DNA of 24,312 bases. It comes from a virus. Taxonomy: Duplodnaviria; Caudoviricetes. Shown one piece after another: positions 17,662-24,312 of the stretch. The translations under genes and the position numbers were made by a program. How positions within the stretch are numbered: the first letter of the stretch is position 1; each line of letters opens with the position of its first letter. Location: positions 1-24,312 of IMG/VR virus record IMGVR_UViG_3300011339_000055. One strand, 5' to 3'. A model generated the notes under the pieces. That model had not been told where the DNA came from. It did no database searches and worked only from the letters and a program-made list of their open reading frames with translations.

Positions 17662-18861
17662 ATGGCGACAATGGAAGAGTTATATCAGCAGTATCTTTTG
17701 ACCCAGCCCGGTATCGGCGGTTCACAAAATCGATACAGAGACTTGATGTCGCAGATGCGGCCATTTGCCAACCCCTACCCTGCCGCAACGGGGTTGCTTG
17801 CTGGCGGCACTGTCGCTCCAGTAGTGCCCAAGGTTCCGGCCAAGACCAATCCTATGGGGACTTATGGCGGCGGTGGTGGCGGTACAGGCAGCGGTGGCAT
17901 GACAACGCCATTTGACAGCATGACCGATGCTCAAAGGTCTGAGTTTTATGCAAACAACCCTGCTTATGCCAAAGCAACGCAAATTGGGCAAGGCATTTTT
18001 GGGCTTACATCTTTGGGTAGAGCGCAAGCCCTTTTAGACCCAGAAAGAGCAAACAGGGAAGGCTTGATTGCACAGGGATTTGATTTCAATGCTTATCAAA
18101 AAGCAAGAGATGAGTTCAGGGAAACTGAACTCAAATATGCGAGGGAGCAGGAGGCTCTGGCGCAGGCAGAGGCTGCTGCGGCTCAGCAAGCTGCTGACAA
18201 TGCGGCAGCAGAAGCGGCAATAGGAAGTTATGGCGGTGGCTCTTTTGCAGAACAGCAGGCCATAAATAATGCAATTGCAGCGGCGGCAGCGCCATCCAGA
18301 GGCCCGACTGACGCAGAAAGGCAGCAGGCTTTATCTTTTGCTATGGGTAATTTCCAAGCGAATCAAGCCGCCCAGCAAGCCGCAGACAATGCGGCAGCAG
18401 AAGCGGCAATAGGAAGTTACGGCGGCGGCTCTTTTGCCGAACAACAGGCCATAAATGATGCAATTTCCGCTGACAATGCGGCAGCGGAAGCAGCAATAGG
18501 AAGCTACGGCGGCGGCTCCTTTGCCGAGCAGGCGGCTATGAATGATGCTATTGCAGCGGCGGCAGCAGATGCTGGCGGCTATGGTGGCGGCTATGACTCA
18601 GGGGGATATGGCACTGGCGATTCCTCTGGCTTTGGCGGTGGTACAGACAGCGGCAGCGATGGATGGGCCAAGGGTGGCAAGGTCACCAAAAACAGGCTCA
18701 AAGGCCCAGACCCTAAAGGCCCAGACGAGGGCTATGGCGCACTGCTGGGCGGTGAGTTTGTCATTCAAAAATCAGCGGTCAAAAAGTACGGCGAGGGTCT
18801 GCTGTCCATGATCAACGATGGCAAGATTCCTGCCAAAAAAATGAAATCTTTACTCGGATAA
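17662..18861 (+). CDS. Low-complexity internal virion / ejection-type protein with internal repeats
   Basis: Ala/Gly/Gln-rich, three 28-aa repeats, C-terminal WAKGGKV...GEFVI...AVKKYG...IN.G module. AAGGAG RBS. Confidence 0.6.
   Translation: MATMEELYQQYLLTQPGIGGSQNRYRDLMSQMRPFANPYPAATGLLAGGTVAPVVPKVPAKTNPMGTYGGGGGGTGSGGMTTPFDSMTDAQRSEFYANNPAYAKATQIGQGIFGLTSLGRAQALLDPERANREGLIAQGFDFNAYQKARDEFRETELKYAREQEALAQAEAAAAQQAADNAAAEAAIGSYGGGSFAEQQAINNAIAAAAAPSRGPTDAERQQALSFAMGNFQANQAAQQAADNAAAEAAIGSYGGGSFAEQQAINDAISADNAAAEAAIGSYGGGSFAEQAAMNDAIAAAAADAGGYGGGYDSGGYGTGDSSGFGGGTDSGSDGWAKGGKVTKNRLKGPDPKGPDEGYGALLGGEFVIQKSAVKKYGEGLLSMINDGKIPAKKMKSLLG
18193..18552 (+). repeat. Three 84-bp coding repeats (18193-18276, 18382-18465, 18469-18552), ADNAAAEAAIGSYGGGSFAEQxAxNxAI
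   Basis: Seen directly in DNA and protein. In frame, with few mostly synonymous differences. Confidence 0.92.
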
Positions 18862-18871
18862 GGGGCACAAA

Positions 18872-19828
18872 ATGTCAAAAGGTGGCAGCACAACTTCATC
18901 GACCTCAATCGATCCCGACATCAAGAGGGCATTCCTTGCAAATGTGGCCCAGGCCCAAGGCGTGGCCGGCGCATTGCCTGTCCAGCAGTTTGCAGGCTAC
19001 AACCCGCTGTACACGGCTGGTGAAGAGCAGCTTGTCAACACCGGCTTGGGTGGCCCAGGCATTAGCAGCACCGACTATGCGGCGCAGATGGCCGCACTCA
19101 GTGGCACATACCAGCCTGCCGAGTTGCAGGCGGCTCAAGCCAACCTCGGCATGAGTGGCCCTGGCTCAATTGCCAGCTACATGAATCCGTACACCAGCAT
19201 GGTGCGCCAGAATGCTCTGGAGGACTTGGAGTCCTCAAGACGCATGGCTATCGGGCAGACGGGTGAGCGTGCCATGCAGGCCCGTGCATTCGGTGGTTCG
19301 CGCCAAGGTGTGGCCGAGGCTTTGACCAACCAAGCCTTTGCCAAGCAGGCCGGCACTCTTGGCACTCAGCTTAACGAGTCGGCATTCAATCAGGCTGTGC
19401 AATTGCAGGCGGCTGACTTGGCACGGCAGCAGGCGGCGGCTGCACAAAATCAAGCAACGGGCTTGCAGGGTGCGCAGTTTAGGCTGGCGGCGGGTGGCCA
19501 ATTGGGCAACCTTGGCGCACAGCAGCAAGCCCTGCGCCTTAGTGGCGCACAGGCCGCGATGGGTGCAGGCGGTGCGCGTCAAGCCTTTGAGCAGCAGCAG
19601 CTTGATGCGCTGCGCAATGTTGATCTTCAGCGCTTGGGCATTGCTCAGTCTGCACTCAGCTTGCAGCCTGCCAACTTGGGCGGGAGTGTAACAACCCCAT
19701 ACAGCCAAAACTTAGGTGCTGGCGCTTTGGGCGGTGCTTTGGCTGGCTCTCAATTGGCGGGGCTTACAGGCGGCGCACTCAGCAGTGGCGCAGGTGCAGG
19801 ACTCGGCGCATTGCTCAGTCTGTTTTAA
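18872..19828 (+). CDS. Ejection (DNA transfer) protein, P22 gp7-like
   Basis: Starts MSKGGSTTSST, contains YMNPY and AFGGSRQGV, Gln/Ala-rich helices and a C-terminal glycine-zipper hydrophobic tail. Confidence 0.68.
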   Translation: MSKGGSTTSSTSIDPDIKRAFLANVAQAQGVAGALPVQQFAGYNPLYTAGEEQLVNTGLGGPGISSTDYAAQMAALSGTYQPAELQAAQANLGMSGPGSIASYMNPYTSMVRQNALEDLESSRRMAIGQTGERAMQARAFGGSRQGVAEALTNQAFAKQAGTLGTQLNESAFNQAVQLQAADLARQQAAAAQNQATGLQGAQFRLAAGGQLGNLGAQQQALRLSGAQAAMGAGGARQAFEQQQLDALRNVDLQRLGIAQSALSLQPANLGGSVTTPYSQNLGAGALGGALAGSQLAGLTGGALSSGAGAGLGALLSLF

Positions 19829-19837
19829 GGAATAAAA

Positions 19838-21118
19838 ATGGCAACCCAATTTGACTACTCAAACATCGGCAGCATATTTGGCGGTGGCGGCACGCCAACG
19901 GGGCTTGATGCGCTACTGAGCGAAGACCAGCGTAAGCTGATGGGACGCAACGCCGCGCTGTCAGCGGCGGCTGCATTGCTGCAAGCTGGTGGCCGCAGTC
20001 CACAGCGTATCGGCCTTGGCCAAGCGCTTGGCTCTGCCCTACAAGCTGGTCAGCAGGGCTATCAACAGGCGCGTGCTGGGTCGCTGCAAGACATGCTGCT
20101 TACTCAGAAGCTGGAGGAGGCGAAACGGGTTGCAACGGCTGATGCTGGTTTCTTGAAGTTTTTGCAGTCTCCAGAGGGTATGGCGGCTGCGGCTGCACCA
20201 TCTGCACAGCCAGCGCCATTGACAGGTGTGGCAGTGCCGCCTGTTGAAAGATATATGTCGGAGATGACGCCGCCGGCGGCGGCCCCTGCTGCTGCGCCTA
20301 ATATTCTTGGGGTTTTGAGCCAGCAGCAGCGTGCGCTGATTGGCGGCCTTGGCCGAGAAAAAGGCACGCAGTATTTGCTGGACATGATGAAGCCAGAGGC
20401 ATCACCAGACGCAATCAAAACGCTACGAGCCTTGGGTTTATCACCTACTTTGGAGAACTTGCGCCAGCTTGACAAGCCAGAGCCGTCACCATCAGAGGTT
20501 CGATTGCTGCAAGCGACAGGCATGCCCGTCACTTTTGAAAACATTGTGAAGTTGAGGCAGTCTAGCGCAAGCAATGTCAATGTCAAGGTTCCAGTAGACA
20601 TGACAGGTGGACAAAAGGGTTTTGAGAACGAGATGAAGCTGGGCGGCGCATTCAAGCAAGAGCCGATCTACAAAGACTTCAGCGACATGAAGTCTGCATA
20701 CGGCCAAGTTGTATCGTCACTTGCCCAGGGCACGCCAATCGGTGATGTCGCTGGTGCTACTAAGGTGATGAAGTTGCTCGACCCTGGCTCTGTCGTGCGT
20801 GAGTCTGAACTCGGCATTGCGATGGCCGCTGCTGGCCGGATGGATCGTTTGCAGAACTACTTTAGCAATTTGATGACGGGCCAAAAACTGACACCTACTC
20901 AGCGTGATGATTTCCAGAAGTTGTCTAACGAGCTTTATGCTGCCGCTGGCCAGGCTTACAACAAGAAGCGTGACGAGTACAAGCAATTTGGCGATGCTTA
21001 CAACTTTAAAAACCTTGACACTGCACTTGGCGCACCGGCCACTGTTCCATCAATTGTGAAGCCTAGTAGCGCTGCTAAAACCATGCAATGGGACGGCACT
21101 AAATTTGTCTTTAAATGA
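19838..21118 (+). CDS. Ejection / internal virion protein (P22 gp20 positional analogue)
   Basis: Ala/Gln-rich N-terminus (GLGQALGSALQAGQQGY), C-terminal KLLDPGSVVRESE helical domain. TAAGGA RBS. Confidence 0.62.
   Translation: MATQFDYSNIGSIFGGGGTPTGLDALLSEDQRKLMGRNAALSAAAALLQAGGRSPQRIGLGQALGSALQAGQQGYQQARAGSLQDMLLTQKLEEAKRVATADAGFLKFLQSPEGMAAAAAPSAQPAPLTGVAVPPVERYMSEMTPPAAAPAAAPNILGVLSQQQRALIGGLGREKGTQYLLDMMKPEASPDAIKTLRALGLSPTLENLRQLDKPEPSPSEVRLLQATGMPVTFENIVKLRQSSASNVNVKVPVDMTGGQKGFENEMKLGGAFKQEPIYKDFSDMKSAYGQVVSSLAQGTPIGDVAGATKVMKLLDPGSVVRESELGIAMAAAGRMDRLQNYFSNLMTGQKLTPTQRDDFQKLSNELYAAAGQAYNKKRDEYKQFGDAYNFKNLDTALGAPATVPSIVKPSSAAKTMQWDGTKFVFK
20390..20557 (+). repeat. Degenerate tandem 28-aa repeat (KPEASPDAIKTLRALGLSPTLENLRQLD / KPEPSPSEVRLLQATGMPVTFENIVKLR)
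   Basis: KPExSP, L, G, T.EN and L recur at an exact 84-bp period. Confidence 0.7.
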
Positions 21119-21124
21119 GGCCGT

Positions 21125-22975
21125 ATGAAAAAAATCAACATCGAAGGCATCGGAACTCTTGAGTTCCCAGCGGAAGCAACAGACGAGCAGATTGCTGCAT
21201 TTGTCAATGGCACGCCACTTGACCAGCTAAAACAGATCGCTGGGGTGCAAGCCCCAAGCACACTTGGTCGCGAGGCCGGCTTGGCTGTGCGCCCGATAGC
21301 GCAGGCGGCCATGACCGCTGGCGGGTTGCTGCCGATGGCTGTTGACCCCTTGGTGAACTTTTTCAACTTGGCCGCTGGCACAAATGTGCCGACCATGACA
21401 CGGGCCACAGAAACCAATCTCAGACGCATGGGTTTCCCAGAGCCACGGACGGCGCAGGAGCGAGTAGTTCAAGACATTGCTGGTGCTGGCTACGGCACTG
21501 CTGGTGTGGCCAAGGTCGCCGGCGCAGTCGCGCCCATGCTGCCGGAGATGGGCCGCAATGTCGCGCAGTTCTTTGCCCAAAGCCCACAGGCTCAGACGGC
21601 AGCGGCCTTGACGGCATCCACAGCCGCGGGTGCTTTGCGCGAGGGTGGCGCACCTCCAGCCCTCCAGCTTGGCGGGGCTATGCTGGCCGGCATGGCCGCG
21701 CCTGGTGGCCCAAGCCTGTCCACCACCCAGCGTGCATTGGCGGCCCCCAAGGCGCTGGTGCAGCCCTTCACTCAACAAGGCCGCGAAGTCATTGTCGGCA
21801 ATGTGCTGCGCAATGTCGCAACCGATCCGGAACGAGCCATTGCCAACTTGCAGGCTGCAAGGCCAACAGTGCCAGGTGTTCAACTGACCACTGCCGCTGG
21901 TGCGCGTGATCCTGGGCTGGCCGGCCTTGAGTCGCCATTGCGGTCTGCGACATTTGATCCGTCCAACCTGTTTGGCGCAAGGCTGTCTGCCAACCAGCAG
22001 GCATTGATGGATGCATTCCAGCGCACTGCTGGCCGGCCTGGCTCTATCCCAGCAGCCGAGGCCAAGCGATCCAGCATCACAGCGCCAATGCGTGAGCAGG
22101 CTTTCTTGAATGCGCCACCCGTATCGGTGGAGCCGGTTGCCGCGGCGATTCTTGGTATCACTCAAAACCCAGCGACTCAGCGCCAAACAGTCGATCAGGC
22201 CATGAAGTATGTGACCGACTTGCTGGTCAAGCGCGTAGACCCTGAGACAAACACCATCAATCCGATGGCGCTGTACAGCGTGCGCAAGGACATTACCGAT
22301 GCGATGGCTGGCAAGCTGTCCGGCGACTTGGCCAACCTGCGATTGGCGCGTGGTCAACTGGCCGACTTGCTGCCGGTCATTGACAGAACGATTGAGTCCG
22401 GTGCGCCAGGCTTTAGCAAGTACATGGAGCAGTTTGCCAAGTCATCAAAGCCGATTGACCAGATGGAATTGCTGCAAGCGATCCAGAGCAAGGTCACGAC
22501 AGGCCAGCCCAACATAATGACGGGTGAGCCTGTGCTGGCGGCGGCTGCATTGCGTAGGCAATTGGCGGCCAAGCGGGAAGAGCTTGGCACTGACTTGTCA
22601 CCGGCGGCACAGAGAAAAATTGACAACATCATCAACGAGATCAACCGAGGCCAAGCGGCAACAGCGCCAGGTGTTCGCGCACCAGGCTCCAACACCTTCC
22701 AGAACATGAGCATGGGTAACCTGATTGGCCGAGTGTTCAGCGAGTCTATGGCCGACAACACCACACTGCGCACCATGACCCGCCCACTGGATTGGCTCTA
22801 CAAGCTGCCTGACCAGCAGGTGCAGCGTCTCTTGGTTGAGGCTATGCTTGATCCGCAATTGGCGGCATCAATGATGAGCAAGGCCAACATGATGAAGGTC
22901 GAGCCACTGGCCAAGTCATTGCGACAAAAAGCTGAGCAGCTTGGCTACGGATCAATAATTGGCGCACAGGAGTAA
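21125..22975 (+). CDS. Large ejection / internal virion protein (P22 gp16 positional analogue)
   Basis: 616 aa, Ala-rich and helical. N-terminal IEGIGTLEFPAEATDEQI motif, glycine-rich hydrophobic segments. GAGG RBS. Confidence 0.62.
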   Translation: MKKINIEGIGTLEFPAEATDEQIAAFVNGTPLDQLKQIAGVQAPSTLGREAGLAVRPIAQAAMTAGGLLPMAVDPLVNFFNLAAGTNVPTMTRATETNLRRMGFPEPRTAQERVVQDIAGAGYGTAGVAKVAGAVAPMLPEMGRNVAQFFAQSPQAQTAAALTASTAAGALREGGAPPALQLGGAMLAGMAAPGGPSLSTTQRALAAPKALVQPFTQQGREVIVGNVLRNVATDPERAIANLQAARPTVPGVQLTTAAGARDPGLAGLESPLRSATFDPSNLFGARLSANQQALMDAFQRTAGRPGSIPAAEAKRSSITAPMREQAFLNAPPVSVEPVAAAILGITQNPATQRQTVDQAMKYVTDLLVKRVDPETNTINPMALYSVRKDITDAMAGKLSGDLANLRLARGQLADLLPVIDRTIESGAPGFSKYMEQFAKSSKPIDQMELLQAIQSKVTTGQPNIMTGEPVLAAAALRRQLAAKREELGTDLSPAAQRKIDNIINEINRGQAATAPGVRAPGSNTFQNMSMGNLIGRVFSESMADNTTLRTMTRPLDWLYKLPDQQVQRLLVEAMLDPQLAASMMSKANMMKVEPLAKSLRQKAEQLGYGSIIGAQE

Positions 22976-22978
22976 GGC

Positions 22979-24220
22979 ATGGCCCTGCTTTATGAAGAAG
23001 ACTTGATGCCATTCTTTGGCAACCCGAACATCCAGCGCCAAGGTGCGAAGGCCAGAGCCTTGGCCGCGCAGCGCGATGTCAACACGCTGCCTGACCCCCG
23101 CACCTATGCTGCCGTCTCTGGCCTGCTTGGCACTGCCCCCGACCAGATGGGGTTCAGTGTTTTGAATCCTCAGTATGAGTCCATCATGCAGACCGCCAGG
23201 CCGGCATTTGCTACTGGTACGGCATTGGGTGTGGCTCCATTGGCAAAGGTATTTCAAGCCCCAGCAATGGCCTTAGGCCGCGCTGGTGAGCGCGTGGCTG
23301 AAAGGGTTGTCCCGCAAATCATGGAGCGCGGCGGCTTGCCGGCTGATCTATTGCAGGGTATGGCGAACAGAACTATTAGTCCCCTTGATGTCTACCACGG
23401 CACACCACACACATTGCCACCGACAGCACGCAATCCACTTGGTGAGTTTGATGCGTCAAAGATTGGCACTGGTGAGGGGGCGCAAATGTATGGGCAAGGC
23501 ATTTATACGGCTGAAAATCCTGCTGTTGCAAAATCTTATCAATTTATGGAGCAAAACTGGTTTGATACCAGTAAAGCCAAATACAAAGGTAAATCAATTG
23601 ATAGCTGGTACGAGCAAGCCCAAAAAGATCAGGAACGAGCATTTAGAACAAAAGACAAAACTTTAGAAAAAGACGCTACGGCTCGATTGGCCTATTGGGA
23701 AAATGTGATGACCCACAACCACCCCGAGTCTGTTGTCGAACAATTTGCAGACCCTGCGTATGGATGGCCTGAAGCAACAAACTACGCGAAGTCTATTGAC
23801 TTGGGCAAGTTCAGTGGAATCCCACGATCCGGTAATTTATACAAAGCAGACCTACCAGATGAGATGATCCCCAAGATGCTGGATTGGGACAAGCCAATGA
23901 ACAAGCAAGACGCATCTGTAAAAAAAATGATTGCCGAATCGTTTCCAAGTGGGTACATCAATGGCGTTTACATTGATCCAATAAATAGCCCATTGACCGG
24001 CCGAGCAATGTTGGATCAATTGGCAATGATTGCCAACAAGCGCAATGCGCCAGGATTCAGGTCTGCTGAAACAGCTTTGCGTCAAGCTGGCATCCCTGGC
24101 ATCAAATACTTGGATGAAGGCTCACGCGCCAAGGGTAAAGGCACACGCAACTTTGTCACCTTCCCTGGCGAAGAAAAGAATCTCAGGATTCTTGAGCGCA
24201 ATGGGTTGCTTGCCCCCTAA
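22979..24220 (+). CDS. Putative virion-associated protein with ADP-ribosyltransferase-like (ART-PolyVal-like) domain
   Basis: VYHGT...FDASKIGTGEGAQMYGQGIYTAENPAVAKSY...GNLYKADL...LDWD...AGIPGIKY...NFVTF, preceded by a ~135-aa low-complexity leader. Confidence 0.7.
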   Translation: MALLYEEDLMPFFGNPNIQRQGAKARALAAQRDVNTLPDPRTYAAVSGLLGTAPDQMGFSVLNPQYESIMQTARPAFATGTALGVAPLAKVFQAPAMALGRAGERVAERVVPQIMERGGLPADLLQGMANRTISPLDVYHGTPHTLPPTARNPLGEFDASKIGTGEGAQMYGQGIYTAENPAVAKSYQFMEQNWFDTSKAKYKGKSIDSWYEQAQKDQERAFRTKDKTLEKDATARLAYWENVMTHNHPESVVEQFADPAYGWPEATNYAKSIDLGKFSGIPRSGNLYKADLPDEMIPKMLDWDKPMNKQDASVKKMIAESFPSGYINGVYIDPINSPLTGRAMLDQLAMIANKRNAPGFRSAETALRQAGIPGIKYLDEGSRAKGKGTRNFVTFPGEEKNLRILERNGLLAP

Positions 24221-24312
24221 CGCATCCCCCCAAAAAACGCTGCTGTCAGTGGGTCGATCTTGATCTTCCGATTCCTCTGACGGCGGCGTGCGTTAAAAAA
24301 GTCCTTGTCGTC
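24217..24312 (-). CDS. 3' end of a convergent gene running off the window
   Basis: Minus frame open from 24312: DDKDFFNARRRQRNRKIKIDPLTAAFFGGMR*, with TAG at 24219-24217 overlapping the TAA of the ART-like gene. Confidence 0.55.
   Translation of the reverse strand, partial: DDKDFFNARRRQRNRKIKIDPLTAAFFGGMR

Larger units (their letters stand above)
1..24312 (+). mobile_element. Phage (or prophage) late gene region, podovirus-like (P22/T7-type architecture)
   Basis: Co-oriented, densely packed terminase-portal-scaffold-capsid-adaptor-fibre-lysis-hub-ejection genes. No sheath, tail tube or tape-measure gene recognised. No host housekeeping genes, so free phage and prophage cannot be distinguished. 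Confidence 0.93.

Noticed and set aside
18193-18552. Repeats considered as a CRISPR array or DGR template/variable repeats
   Set aside because: They are 84 bp, in frame and irregularly spaced (105 bp and 3 bp gaps). Differences are mostly synonymous rather than adenine-specific, and no cas or reverse transcriptase gene is in the window.
21227-22357. 376-aa minus-strand ORF (also 4342-5238, 7962-8717, 9301-9894, 20104-20655 and other antisense ORFs)
   Set aside because: Fully antisense to well-supported + strand genes, with no recognisable motifs. Expected shadow ORFs in GC-rich, codon-biased DNA.
1-24312. Assignment of a specific host or phage taxon
   Set aside because: Gene content hints at an aquatic proteobacterial host, but this needs database comparison. 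No att site, integrase or host gene is present.

Overview
The window is the late (virion morphogenesis and lysis) region of a tailed dsDNA phage or prophage with P22/T7-type short-tail organisation. All complete genes are on the + strand and many are translationally coupled. Order: terminase large subunit (5'-truncated); a four-gene insert (Cys-rich HiPIP-like protein, 50-aa basic peptide missing from the ORF track, GT-A glycosyltransferase, SAM methyltransferase); portal; scaffold; major capsid protein plus terminator; a second glycosyltransferase; head-tail adaptor; two tail-fibre genes and a chaperone; a lysis cassette (four membrane proteins and a GH24 endolysin); needle-like and hub/nozzle proteins; a GNAT-like protein; four low-complexity ejection-type proteins; and a final gene with an ADP-ribosyltransferase-like (ART-PolyVal-like) domain. 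A convergent minus-strand gene ends at the right edge. Best candidates for novel biology: (i) a virion glycosylation/methylation system built into the head operon, (ii) a probably injected, mosaic ART-like effector, and (iii) an endolysin with the P1 Lyz cysteine arrangement but no SAR domain. All family calls come from motif recognition by eye, not database searches. No tRNA, rRNA, CRISPR array, integrase or att site was recognised.
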